Of a DNA stretch of 64,000 nucleotides, positions 11,791-25,308 are shown piece by piece (position 1 is the stretch's first letter; each line of letters starts with the position of its first letter). Source of the DNA: Leucoraja ocellata (taxonomy: Eukaryota); NCBI GenBank assembly GCA_036785375.1, contig JAWMAR010000085.1, forward strand, positions 1,426,001-1,490,000, written 5' to 3'. Under the pieces are notes generated by a model. That model was not told where the DNA came from. It searched no databases and worked only from the letters and a program-made list of their open reading frames with translations. Both the position numbers and the translations under genes were made by a program.

Positions 11791-13239
11791 TATTCTCAAA
11801 ATAATCCTCACAACATTTCTTAGTTTAATCCTCCGGAGCTGCAGCGTTCATGGCAAACAGAACTCCCTCAGTAGCCGAGTATTGCCTCTGGTGCTCAACT
11901 TTATTTCCCCTCAACCATTGAGAGATATGAGGCCAAACTGGGTGGATAAGGTAGGCATAGACACATTACTGAATGGCAGAAAAAGCTTGAGATGCTGGTC
12001 TCAAATCTCTTCTTCACCAAGTATTTATTTCTTCTGAGTTGATCATAAAAGGACCACTATTAAATCATCAATTCTGATGGTGTTCTGTTGTAAAACAGCT
12101 AGATAAAAAGGGAAATGAAATAAAAGGGTAGTAAAAGAGGAGATCCTAACTATGGGTGCTGTCTGTATGGAGTTTATATGTTCTCCCCATGACCTGCGTG
12201 TTTTTTCTCCAGGTGCTCCGTTTTCCTCCAACGCTTCAAAGGCGCACATGTTTGTAGGCTAATTGGGTTGGTTAAATTGTCCCTAGTGTGTGTAGAATAG
12301 TGTTAGTGTGCAGGGATCATAGGTCATCGTGGACTCAGCGGGCCAAAGGTCCTGATTCCACTCATATCTCTAAACTAAACTAAACTAAAATAAAGATAAT
12401 AATGGGGTTATTACTATAGATGATGAACTAAAGGGAATGAAAGATATAAAAATCACCGATGAAAAGCATAACTGAATTTAATGCTGTTTGCCACAGAAAT
12501 GACCGGATATAAGTATTTATTCTTTGGACTTTACTTTAGACTTTAGAAATACAGCATGAAAACAGGCCCTTCAGCCCACCGGGTCCACACTGACCAGCGA
12601 TCACCTGCACACTAGAATCCTACACACTAAGGATCATTTACTGAAGCCGATTAGCTTTTAAACCTGCACGTCTTTGGAATATGGGAGGAAACCCGAGCAC
12701 ACGGAGAAAATCCACGCGGCCACTTGGAGAACGCTGTCAGGCAGCAACTCTACTGCTGCGCCGCCCTTGATGGGATGCAGGTGTCACTGGTGAAGTTGGT
12801 GTCTAATTTTCCATTGAACTCAATATCTTTCTAAACCATTTAGAAGTGCTGATCGTATTATGGGCCAAGAGTCACACATATTCCGGGCCAGTTAAATCTG
12901 GCAGATTATCATCCTTCAGAATATCAGTAGACAACTTATTTAAATAACATTTACATTTAAACTTTCCTGACAAGATTTTAATTCCCGAAATAGTAGTAAA
13001 TTCTGTAATCACATTTCCCAAATATGTGCATGACGACCTCAATCTTTGGCAACAATCTCGTATAAACGTGATTTTTTTTCTCCCTGCTGAACAATTAATA
13101 GTTAAATTGTTTAATCTACCATTACATTACCACATTATCTTTGCTCTAAATGAGGCCATAAAGTAAATGCCTTCGCATAAACTACTTACAGTTGTAAAAT
13201 AATTAAAAAGTTGCCAGTTAACTAATTTTGCACTGCATT

Positions 13240-13444
13240 CGTAGAGACAAAGAGCTGCAGATGTTGGTTAATACACAAAAGCCCACAAAGTGCTGGACTA
13301 ACTCAGCAGGTCAGGCAGCATCTGTGCAGAACATGAACAGGTGACGTTTCAGGTCTGAAGAAGGGTCCTGACCAGAAACATCACCTGCCAATATTTTCCA
13401 GCAATGCTGCCTAACCTGCTGAATTGCTCCAGTTCTTTGTGTAA
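13240..13444. mobile_element. Fold-back Penelope-terminus mini-element
   Basis: Inverted arms; TTTGYACTGCATT duplicated at 13227-13239 and 13445-13457. Confidence 0.78.
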
Positions 13445-13518
13445 TTTGTACTGCATTTGTTACATTCACAATATTGCCGTAATATTAATCATCTCTTTTA
13501 ATGTAGGATTGTACTTAC

Positions 13519-13582
13519 CAGGCACATATAGGATGCAAATGGCAGAAGCTTTCATTATCTTCATCAATGTCAACCAAAACAT
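13519..13582 (-). CDS. TIGIT-like receptor, signal-peptide exon (MFWLTLMKIMKASAICILYVP-G)
   Basis: ATG at 13582 in AAAATG context; 21 codons plus 1 nt; hydrophobic; donor GTAAGT at 13518; phase 1 matches the IgV exon. A strong acceptor (TTTTATTTTCTACAG) opens the exon at 13611. Confidence 0.75.
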
Positions 13583-14406
13583 TTTGTTCAAAATTAATTT
13601 TGTGTCTGCTTCTGTAGAAAATAAAACAAATGACCGATTGGTGAAACAGGAAATTCCTGCAAGTATACCTTGAGGTCAGACCAAATCATCTGCCCGGAAA
13701 CTATGTACAAAATGAAATATTGCGCAAAGGTTTATTACGGTAAAGTTGTAAATCTATAACCATCTTTGAGGGACAAGCATTTGAAGTTGTTCATTCAGGC
13801 ACAAAGTGACCAATGAAGACCATTTTCCAAAAGTTCACCCGATAGAAGGTGGATACTTATAGGTGACCAGCCTGTAAAGTTCCAAAAACACTCAAAAATT
13901 ATTTGTTTTAAATGCATATACTGGAAGTGTGAAATAAAAATAGAAAATGCTGGAAATACCCTAAGTCAGGCAGCAGCAATGGAACGAGAAATTGAGCTCA
14001 GAATAAAATTGTAAATTGTCCCTTGTGTGTGGAGAATAGTGTTAATGTGTGGGGATCACTGGTCAGCACAGACTTGGTGGGCTGAAGGGCCTGTTTCTGC
14101 GCTGTATCTCTAAACTAAACTAAACTAAACCTTCAAAAAGAAAATGAGGAGGAATTTCTTCAGTCAGAGAGTGGTGAATCTGTGGGATGGTGTCAAAGGT
14201 TATGGGGAGAAGGTAGGAAAAGGGGTTGAGAGGGAAAGATAGATCAGTCATGATTGAATGGCGGAGTAGACTTTATGGGCCAAATGGCCCAATTCTGCTC
14301 CTATGGCTTACGAACATAATAGTTCAGGACAATGGCTTTTCACCGGAATTAAGCTGTTGGGAAATGTATGTTTTAAGTTGGAGGAGGGAGAGGCGTCGAA
14401 GAGTAA

Positions 14407-14650
14407 ATGGGCTGTCCCACTTGGGTGACCTAATTGGCGAGTTTAGAAGAGTTGAGGAGAGTTCGAAAAAATGTCATGTTGAAGACCTCCTTCGACTATG
14501 CAGAAGACCTCCTTTGACCTCATTCGACTATGTTGAAGACCAGCTTCAACTAGCTACGACTCGCCACGACTAACTTCGGGAAAATTGGACAGCGAATAGT
14601 AGAGAGTGAAGCCGACCTCCTTTGATCCTCTTCGACCTCGTTTGTTGACC
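14407..14650. mobile_element. Truncated MITE of the same TIR family
   Basis: TGGGCTGTCCCACTTGGGTGACCTAATTGG end plus GACCTCCTT subrepeats; second TIR not seen. Confidence 0.5.
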
Positions 14651-15214
14651 ACATCAGATGGTGTTTCAACCTGTTCAGCAGAAATACCAAAGGAAGAACT
14701 CCTGCCCCGAAAAAATATTTAGAATGCGCCAGCACTTTGGTAAAATCCCAACATAATGCCATCCCTCTGCCATCTGTTGTGAGATCTCTGGTTTGGATGA
14801 ATTATGAAGATTGAGTATTTTGGAGCCAGATGTTCCATGATTGTATTCAGCTGCTAGAATGATGCAGTGTGATCTGCACAGCCGTACGTTTACACTTCCA
14901 TTCCCACAACAATATCCAAATTCTGATCCATATTTCATATCGAGGGTGCTCCTAATAGACAATTTGGGAGCTTGGTAAATCAGAATGTAATATGTAGACT
15001 CCAACCACCAATTTACATTGTTTTGGCATCGGGTTAAGGATATTTTACAGGCAAGCATTTTGGAGACCTAATCTTCAAGTTCCTCATGCTCATCATTAAG
15101 GTAAACAAGTCTTATTTCTTATCAGTTGCCATATCAAAGTGTGAAGTATCCGGATAGGATGCTTTCTATGGTCTATTGGTAGAAATTGGCAAGATCACTG
15201 CAATGTTCATAAGT

Positions 15215-18200
15215 TATAGAAACATAGAAAATAGGTGCAGGAGGAGGCCATTTGGCCCTTTGAGCAAGCACCGCCATTCATTGTGATCATGGCTGATACC
15301 ATTGAAGTCCCCAATCAATAACCCGTGCCTGCCTTCTCCCCATATTCCTTGATTCCACTAGCCCCTAGAGCTCTATCTAACTCTCTCTTAAATCCATCCA
15401 GTGATTTGGCCTCCACTGCTCTCTGTGGCAGGAAATTTCACAAATTCACAACTCTCTGGGTGAAAAAGTTTTTTCTCACCTCAGTCTTAAATAGCCTCCC
15501 CTTTATTCTAAGACTGTGGCCCCTGGTTCTGGACTCGCCCAACATTGGGAACATTTTTCCTGCATCTAGCTTGTCCAGTCCTTTTATAATTTTATATGTT
15601 TCTATAAGATATCCCCTCATCTTTATAAACTCCAGTGAATACAAGCCTAGTCTTTTCAATCTTTCCTCATATGACAGTCCCGCCATCCCAGGGATCAATC
15701 TTGTGAATCTACGTGGCACTGTTTCAATCACAAGGATGTCCTTCCGCAAATTAGGAGACAAAAACTGTACGCAATCCTCCAGATGTGGTCTTACCAGAGC
15801 CTTATACAACTGCAGAAGGACCTCTTTACTCGTTTACTGAAATCCTCTTGTTATGAAGGCCAACATTCCATTAGCTTTCTTCACTGCCTGCTGTACCTGC
15901 ACGCCAACTTTCAGTGACTGGTGTACAAAGACACCCAGGTCTCGTTGTACCTCCCCTTACCTAACCTAACCCCATTGAGATAATAATCTGCCCCCTTGTT
16001 TTTGCTGCCAAAGTGGATAACCTCACATTTATCTATATTATACTGCATCTGCCACGCATCTGCCCACTCACTGAACCTGTCCAGGTCACCCTGCAACCTC
16101 CTAACATCCTTTTCACAGTTCACACTGCCACCCAGCTTTGTGTCATCCGCAAACTTGCTAGTGTTGCTCCTAATTCCCTCTTCCAAATCATTAATATATG
16201 TGGTAAACAGTTGCGGCCCCAACACCGAGCCTTGCGGCACTCCACTCGCCACTGCCTGCCATTCTGAAAAGGACCCGTTCACTCCTACTCATTGCTTCCT
16301 GTCAGCCAACCAATTTTCTATCCATGCCAACACCCTACCCCCAATACCATGTGCTCTAATTTTAGTCACCAGTCTCCCGTGCGGGACCTTATCAAAGGCT
16401 TTCTGAAAGTCTAGATACACTACATCCACTGGCTCTCCTTCATCCATTTTATTTGTCAGATCCTCAAAATATTCCAGAAGATTAGTCTAGCATGATTTTC
16501 CTTTCATAAATCCATGCTGACTTGGACTAATCCTTTTACTGCTATCCAAATGCCCCATTATTATCTCTTTAATAATTGACTCCATCATCTTTCCCACCAC
16601 CGAAGTCAGGCTAACTGGTCTGTAATTCCCCGTTTTCTCTCTCGCTCCTTTCGTGAAAAGTGGGATAACATTAGCTATCCTCCAATCCACAGGAACTGAT
16701 CCTGAATCTATTGAACATTGGAAAATGATCACCAATGTGTCCACTATTTCTAGAGCCACCTCCCTGAGGACCCTGGGATGCAGACCATCAGGCTCAGGGG
16801 ATTTATCATCCTTCAGTCCCATTAGCCTACCCAATACTAATTTCTCGCCTAATGAAAATTTCTTTCAGTTCCTCTACACCCTTAGATACTCTGTCCTCCA
16901 GTACTTCTGGGAGATTGTTTGTGTCTTCCTTAGTGAAGACAGATCCGAAGTACCTGTTCAACTATTCTGCCATCTCCGTGTTCCCCATAATAATTTCACC
17001 CGCGTCTGCCTTCAAGGGACCCACATTTGACTTTGCTATTCTTTTTCCCTTAACATATCGAAAGAAGCTTTTACTGTCCTTCTTTATATACCTGGCCAGC
17101 TTCCCCTCATACTTCTGCTTTTCAGCCCGTATTGCCCGTTTTGTTTCCTTCTGTGGTCCAATGAAATTTTCCCACTCTGCTGGTTTCCGGCTACTCTTTG
17201 CTGTGTTATACATCTTTTATTTTAGTTTTATTCTATCCCTAACTTCTCTTGTCAGCCATGGTTGCCTCCTACTCCCCTTAGAATCTTTCTTCCTTTTTGG
17301 AATGAAATGATCCTGCATTTTCTGGATTATGCGCAGAAATTCCTGATACTGCTGTTCCACTGTCATTCCTGCTAGGATCCCATGCGCAGAAATTCCTGAT
17401 ACTGCTGTTCCACTGTCATTCCTGCTAGGATCCCTTTCCAGTTGACCTTGGCCAGCCCCTCTCTCATGCCTTCATAGTCCCCTTTGTTCAACTGCATCAC
17501 TGACACTTCCAATTTAACCTTCTCCTTCTCAAATTGCAGATTAAAACTAATCATATTATGATCACTACCTCCAAGTGGTTCCTTTACCTCTAGTTCTCTT
17601 ATTAACTCTAGTTCATTGGACAACACTAAATCCAGAATTGCCTTTTCTCTGGTCAGCTCCATTAGAAGCTTCTCTAAGAATCCATCTCGGAGGCACTCTA
17701 CAAACTCTCTTTCTTGTGGTCTTGAACCAACCTGATTTTACCAGTCTACCTGCATATTGAGATCCCCCATCACCACAGTGGCATTACCTTTGTTACATGC
17801 CAGTTTTAACTCCTTCTACAACTTACACCCTACATCCGGGCTACTATTTGGGGGTCTGTAGATAATACCAATTAGTGTCTTCTTGCCTTTGCAATTCCTT
17901 AACTCAATCCACAGTGACTCTACCTCGTCAGTCCCTATGTCTTCCCTCGCAAGGGACTGAATTCCATCCCTCACCAGCAGAGCTACCCCCCTCCTCTGCC
18001 CACCTGCCTGTCCTTTCAATAGAATGTATAGCCCTGAATATTAAGTTCCCAGGACCCATCCTCCTGCAGCCACGTCTCAGTAATTCCCACCGTCATATTT
18101 AGCAACCTCTAACTGAGCCTCAAGCTCATCTACTTTACTTCTTATACTTCGCGCATTCATATACAATACTTTAAATTCCTTATGCATCTCACCTTTCACA

Positions 18201-18235
18201 TCGATCCCTATTACACTTGGTCATACTCTCCTATC
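15215..18235 (-). mobile_element. CR1 LINE, about 3 kb with EN and RT remnants
   Basis: IGIIYRPPNS, LDLVLSN, SDHN, NYRPVSLTS, GVPQGSVLGP, KFADD; tail (TTTCTATG)n. Confidence 0.95.
17328..17433. repeat. Tandem duplication of about 53 nt inside the CR1
   Basis: ATGCGCAGAAATTCCTGATACTGCTGTTCCACTGTCATTCCTGCTAGGATCCC occurs twice. Confidence 0.9.
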
Positions 18236-18242
18236 CTAATGG

Positions 18243-18710
18243 AACAGAATTAGGCCATTCGGCCAATCAAGTCTACTACGTCAATCAATCATGGCTGATC
18301 TATCTTTCCATTTCAACCCCATTCTCCTGCTTTCACTCCATAACCCTGACACCCATACTAATCAATAATATGTCAAGTGCTGCTTTAAAAATATCCATTG
18401 ACAGCCTGCACAGTAGTCTGTAGCAATGAGTTCCACAGATTCACCACCCTCTGACTAAAGAAATTCTTTCTCATCTCCTTTCTACAGGTGTGCCCTTTTA
18501 TTCTGAGGCTATGGCCTCTGGTCCTAGGCTCTCCCACTAGAGGAAATATCCTCTTCACATCCACTCTATCGAGGCCTTTCACTATTCGGTAAGTTTCAAA
18601 GAGGACCCCCCCCCTTCCCCTCTTCCTTCTAAACTTCAGCGAGTACAGCTCCAGTTCCATTAAACACTCCTGATATGGTAACCCAATTATTCCTGGGATC
18701 ATTCTCATTG
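18243..18710 (-). mobile_element. CR1 3' fragment
   Basis: ETYRIVKGLDRVD...RVVNLWNSL and 3'UTR. Confidence 0.85.
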
Positions 18711-19453
18711 GTGTGCTTTCTTGTGTCAATGTGGTTAAACCAGGATAAATTGTTGGTGATATTTCGCTCTTCACCATCGCCACATTATACAGACCAATTG
18801 ATATAGACAGATATGGATGTTATAGTTGTTATAGTTGTTCTATTCTACATGCTAGGGATAATTTACAGAAGCCAATTAAACGACACACCTGCACATTTTT
18901 GGAGTGTGGGTAGAAACCGGAGAAAACCCATGTAGGTGTCAGGGAGAACGTGCAAACTCCATAGAGACAACACCCACAGGCAGGAACGAACATGGGTCTC
19001 TAGTGCTCTAATGGGCCTGTCCCACGTGGCGATTTTTAGGCAACTGCCGTCGACTATCATAGTCGTAGCAAGTTGCCAAAAAAATGATGACAACCTACAT
19101 CATCCTGGCGACAGTCTGCGACAACACGTACGTCATGAGAATTCAAGCTACGCTCATTGGCGTCAAACCCACTGTCGACAAAAAATGTTCTTTTTTTTAT
19201 TTTTATTTTTTTATTTTTTTTTTCTCTGAATTTATTTTAATTTCTTCATTTTTTTTTAAACTAGACAGAACTAAAGAGATAGATGAAATAGAGGAAGAAA
19301 AGAAAGGAAAGAAAAACAAAAACAAAAAAAAAAAGAAAAAAAAGGGGGAAAGAGATAGAAGAATGGAAAAATTTATTAAAAATAAAAAACATCGTTCGAG
19401 ATATGTTCGTACATTTCAGAGTGTAGCATTTCATCCAATCTTTAGCCCGAGTG

Positions 19454-22400
19454 CTAGTCAGGTTCCTGTGCTGAACTATTCTGACCCTTTAAGTAATCAA
19501 TAAAAGGAGACCATGTTCCAACGAATAATTCCTGTTTGTCCAACAGGGAAAATCTGATTCTTTCCACGTTTAAGGTCTCCGTCATTTCTATAATCCACAT
19601 TTTGATTGTGGGGGCCGTAGGGCCTTTCCAAAATTTTAGGATTAGTTTTTTTCCTGTTATTAAACTATAATCAATAAAGTTTCTTTGTGTTATTCTAAAT
19701 GTTTGATTTACTTCTAAAATTCCGAGTATTATTAATTTTGGATTTGGTTCCAATTGTGTGTTGGTTACTTTGGATATTATACTAAAAATATTTACCCAGA
19801 ATTTTTTAATTTTTGTACAGTTTGCAAACATATGCGACAATGTAGCTTCTAAATGTTGACATTTATCACATATAGGTGAGATATGTTGAAAAATTTTATG
19901 TAATTTTGTTTTTGAATAATATAACCTATGTATTACTTTAAATTGTATTAGAGAATGTCTGGCGTTTAGTGAACACTGATGTATGTGTTGTAAACTTTCT
20001 TCCCAAGTGTCTTTCGTTATTACTTGATTTAATTATTTTTCCCATGTTTGTCTGTGTAAGTCCGTCGAAGGAATGTCACTGTCTAATAAGATATTATATA
20101 TATAAGATATTAATTTTTCTGTATTAGGATGTTTGTTCCAACATTCATCAAGAATTTCTGAGTTTCTAATTCGAAAATTTTGAGAATTCGATTTTACATA
20201 ATCTCTAAGTTGAAGATATCTGAAATAATCATTTCCTCGAAGTCCATAAGTCTGTTGCAACTCCTGAAATGTCAGAAAGGTGCCTTCCTTGTAAAGTTGT
20301 CCCATATTTTTAATTCCATAATTCTTCCATTGTGCAAAACCCCCGTCTAACCATGAAGGCTTAAACAAAGGATTATTCACAATTGGAAGAAAAAGTGATA
20401 CGTTATCTAATTTTAATGTCTTTTTTAATTGCTTCCAAATTCTTATAGCACTAAATATTATAGGGTTTTCCCTATAAATTTTTTTGTTTAATTTAGACGT
20501 AGCAAATAATATCGAACCAATATCAAAAGGTAGACAATCTTCCTTTTCCATTTTTAACCAGTCTGGTTGCTGGTCTATTTCTTCCAACCAAAAGTTCATA
20601 TTTTTAATATTAACTGCCCAGAAATAAAACAAAAAGTTAGGTAAAACCAAGCCTCCATTACTTTTTGATTTACACAGGTGTCTTTTGTTTATCCTGTGAT
20701 TCTTATAATCCCAGATAAAATCATTAACAATAGAGTCCAATTTTTAAAAAATGTTTTTTGCCAGGTATATCGGAATCGTCTGAAAAAGGTATAATATTTG
20801 CGGTAAAAAAATCATTTTTATGGCATTAATTTTGCCAACCATTGAAATAGGTAGTGTTTTCCAATATTGGATATTCTTATGTAGTTTATTCAATAATGGG
20901 GGGAAATTTGCTTTAAATAATGATGTATATATCTTAGTTACATAGATACCTAGATATTTAAATTTTTCATTTACTACTTTAAATGGAAATTATTGTATTA
21001 TCTGTTTGTTATGTTCCCTTATTGGCATAATTTCACTTTTATTCCAATTTATTCTGTATCCTGAAAGTGCACCGAATTGGTTTATTAGCTTTAATAAGTT
21101 TGGGATACTAATTTCTGGTTTTGTAATGTAAATTAATACGTCATCTGCGTATAGAGAAATTTTATTCACTGTGTCCTTAGTGTTATACCCGTGTATTTCC
21201 GGATGCCCCCTAATTCTTTCTGCCAGTGGCTCAATAGCAAGTGCAAATAATAATGGAGATAACGGGCATCCTTGTCTACAACCTCTAGATAGACTAAATT
21301 TAGATGACAACCTTTGGTTAGTAAGTATTCTAGCCGTGGGATTTGTATATAACAGTTTTATCCATGTACAAAATTTCTCCCCTAGCTGCATCTTTTCCAT
21401 CACCGAAAATAAATAAGGCCATTCGACCTGATCAAATGCTTTTTCAGCGTCAAGTGAGATTATTGCTAGATCTTCATTAATAATTCTCTTGGAATATATA
21501 ATATTAAATAATCTTCTTAGATTATAATATGAATACCGTTTCTGAATAAAGCCTGTTTGGTCAGGGTGTATTAATTTATTCATCACTGTACTTAATCTAC
21601 GCGCTAGTATTTTAGTTAATATTTTCTGGTCTGTATTCAGAAGTGCAATTGCTCTGTATGATCCCGGGTCTTCCGGATCTTTATCAGCTTTAGGAATGTG
21701 TTATTATAGATTCATTTAAAGTGTCTGGAAGTTTCTGTTGAGTATAGATATACTCATACAGTCTTTGACAGCGTGGGCAAAGCAAATCATAAAATGTTTT
21801 GTAAAATTCGGAACCTAAACCATCTGGTCCTACTGCTTTACCATTTTTTAGAGAGCCAATAGACTCCTCAATATCCTTTATCGTAATTTCCCTTTCTAAT
21901 AGTTCTCTATCGTTTGAATCTAAACCTTTTAGATTACATTTTATTAAAAAATCTGCTATTCCTTCTGATTGTGCTACGGTTTTAGTTGAATAAAGGTTAT
22001 GATAGTATTGGAGAAATCTATCATTTATATCCTTGGGCATTTTTAGTAATTCTCCTGTCTCTGTTCTAATTTTATGAATTATTTTTTCCCCTTCCATTTT
22101 TCGTAACTGGCGTGCTAATAATTTTTGTGGTTTGTCTCCAAATTCAAAATGTAATTGTTTAGTTTTTTGATAAAGTTTTATTACTTGTTCTGAATACATT
22201 TTATTTAATTTATATTTCAATACAGCAATTTTATTATGTTTTAACGTAGATGGTATTCTCGCATTTTCTATATCTAGTTGCTTGATTTCACTTTCCAGTG
22301 CTTGTTGTTTAATCCTGTTTTCTTTATTATAAAATGCTTGGGCGGAAATTAATGTACCTCGAACATACGCTTTGAACGTTTCCCACATAAGAGAAATAGG

Positions 22401-23270
22401 TGTGTCAGGGTTGTCATTTACCTCAAAAAATATTTGAATCTGTTTAATAATATATTCCTGGCATGATCTTTCGTTCAAAATTTGTGGGTTAAATCTCCAA
22501 TATGCTTGTTTCTCGGACATTCCATTTAATTTAATCATGAATGTTACCGGTGCGTGATCTGAGATTATAATGTTATGGTATTTTGAATTATAAGTAAATG
22601 GGATAAACGTAGAGTCAACTAAAAAATAATCTATTCTTGAGTATGTTTTGTGTACTGGTGAGTAAAATGAATATTCCCGTCCGGTTGGGTTTTCTATTCT
22701 CCAGATATCCTTAATATTAGTGGTATTAATAAATGAATTTAAAAATACACTTGATTGAGATGTTGCTTTTTTTTGCCTTGATGATCTATCTAAGTATGAG
22801 TCTAATGTACAATTGAAGTCTCCTCCAATTATTAATTTATATTGTGTAAATTCAGGAATTTTATTAAATGTTTTGTTAAAAAAAGTGGGGTTATCGAAAT
22901 TAGGCCCGTAAACATTAAGAAGGATCACTTTTTCTCCATTTAACTCTCCAACTAATATAATATATCTACCATCAATATCCACTATTGTTGAAGAGATCGT
23001 AAAAGGTATTCCTTTACGAATTACTATTGCAACTCCTCTGGACTTGTGGGAAAAAGAGGAATGATATGATTCAGCGATCCACTTAGCTTTAAGTCTATGT
23101 TGAGATTCCTTTTTAAGGTGTGTTTCTTGAAGAAATATTATATCTGTTTTGATTAAATTTAGGTGTGCCAAAACTTTACTTCTCTTAATTGGTTCATTGA
23201 GTCCCTTGACATTCCAACTACAAAATGTTATTCCCTGACCCCTTCTTGTCATGTTAGCATCTTGCATATT
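19454..23270 (-). pseudogene. L1 ORF2 (APE endonuclease, reverse transcriptase, Cys-rich C-terminus)
   Basis: SWNVKGL, LQETH, GGDFN, SRIDY, SDH; GCRQGCPLSP, LYADD; CDKC..HMFANC. Frameshift near 21700 and in-frame stops at about 20990, 20745 and 20033. Confidence 0.95.
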
Positions 23271-23665
23271 GCTTCTAAGGTGGTCTATAACCGAGCAGAA
23301 GGTACAACACATAGAACCTGACCCTGCTCCCGAACCTCAAATAGATGAATTTAAAATCAATTACATCGTTCTTCCGATCACATCTCCTTGTATTAGTCTT
23401 ATTTTTCCATTCAAACATTAAGTTATAAAAATATTTAAAGTGAGAAAAGTGATAGAGTTGGTTAGTGTAGGGTGAAGGAAAAAGAACTACATCTACAATT
23501 AGTGTAGTTAGTGATAGCCACACTAACGTGGCTAGAATTCTAAAGACTTCCGTAGCCTTTGTAAAAAGAAAAAATTCCCAGCTCCGTGCCCGAAGAAGAG
23601 AAAAAAAAAGATTATTTCTAACATTCAATCAACTTCTTTGGGAGTAACAAATTTATTTACCTAGC

Positions 23666-23695
23666 CATACATACACACACACAATATATATACAC

Positions 23696-23734
<39 letters not shown>

Positions 23735-23765
23735 GATATATATACCCATATGCATACATATATTA
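23666..23765. repeat. (CA)/(TA) microsatellite in the L1 inter-ORF spacer
   Basis: Direct inspection of the sequence. Confidence 0.9.
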
Positions 23766-24272
23766 ACACGTAACCCTGCAGAAAGGTTCAAGAACAGCAA
23801 AACAATTTTAAATTGAAAAATAAAGCAAAAAAAAAAAAAAAAAAAGTCAAACTTTATTATGATATAGGTTAATTTACCACTTACATATCTTCCTATATAA
23901 TATAAGTATGTAATTCATTTCTACGTTAATCGAAGACTATTGATTATTGATCATTGTTATCAATCATATACAATATTAACTTTTTATAAGAAATGTTAAT
24001 GTTAATAATTTTAGTGGAAATATGGATATTTAATAAGTATTAGTTGTTACCTATATAGTTAGATATGAATATATATATATGATACTAATGATTAGTAAAC
24101 AAAAAAGCCAAAACAAAAAGAGAAAAAACGCCCAGAAGATCACAGTTTTATCCAATGTCTTCCATCGATTTCGGTTTCCAAGTGTCTTTAAAGCTCTTGA
24201 GAGAATTTTAAAGGTCCTTTTAGATCTGGCGGTCATGTTAGTCCTTGACTCCTAAGGAGTAATGTAGATTCT

Positions 24273-25308
24273 TCAGTCTGTGGTCATGTTACCGACTTCT
24301 TTGGCATATTCCAGTGCTTTTTCGTGGTCTGTAAAAAAGAGCTCCTTGGACTTGTAGGTGACTCTTAGCCTTGCGGGGTAAAGCAAGCTGTATCTCAAAT
24401 CAGGTACATTCTTCAGTATTCTTTTTGTCTCAATGAACAGCCCTCTTTTCTTGAAGACCTCTGCCGGGTAATCTCGGTAAATGCTAAATCTCACACCTTC
24501 AAAGAGAAGTGGACCGCTCCGAACAATTTTCTTCATTATATCATCAAATTCATGATCCTGTTGGACTTTTGCGATAATTTGTCTTGGATGGGCATCATCT
24601 TGTGTACGACGTCGCTGCGCTCTGTGGGCTCAACCGAGTAAGGGTTTGTGATCCAATTTTAAGGCTTTTTGTAGTAGGTCTGCCACAAAATCCCGAGTGC
24701 CCATTTCCCTCTCACTTCCTTCTTTCACCCCTACAATTCTTAGATTCTTACGTCTTTGACGCCCCTCCAAATCAGTACATTTATCATTTAATTTGATCAC
24801 CATATTGGAGAGGCGTTGGTTTTCAGTAAGGAGCCGACTTACGGTTTCCGCACTTGTTGTCGCCCATTTCTCAAGTTCGGTTATCGCTATTCTGTGTTGA
24901 TCAAGTTCGTGACGAATGGGGTCCACCTCCGTTTTAACCTTTATTTCCACCGAAACGAGCCTGGCTTCCAGCACTTCCATCTGATCTTTGACCTCTTCCT
25001 CCCTCGTCCTCTTCCAGATTTCCAGCATTTGTTGAACTGTAGCATGCATTTCTGCTTTAAAATCTACCTTAAAGGTGTCAAGTACCTTTTTAAAATTCTC
25101 TCCAAAAGTCTTCATTTCGGCAGCAAGAAAGGTTTTAAGATCTTCCATTTCAGATTTTTTCCCTTTCGTTTTCCTTGGAGGATCTTCCTGGGCCATCGTT
25201 GTAACTGAGGCCGAGGCCTCTGTAGGGCCTTCCTCTTCCATCTGGGGTTTACCTTTAGCCGATTTTTTTTTGTGTTCCACGGGGGGGGGGGGTGTGTTGT
25301 AGCGACAT
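24273..25308 (-). pseudogene. L1 ORF1 (coiled coil + RRM + CTD)
   Basis: DLEGRQRRKNLRIVGVKEG, (R)AHRA, SIYRDYP and LLYPARLRV motifs. One in-frame TGA at 24632-24630. ATG at 25308 is offset by 1 nt at a 12-nt homopolymer. Confidence 0.9.
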
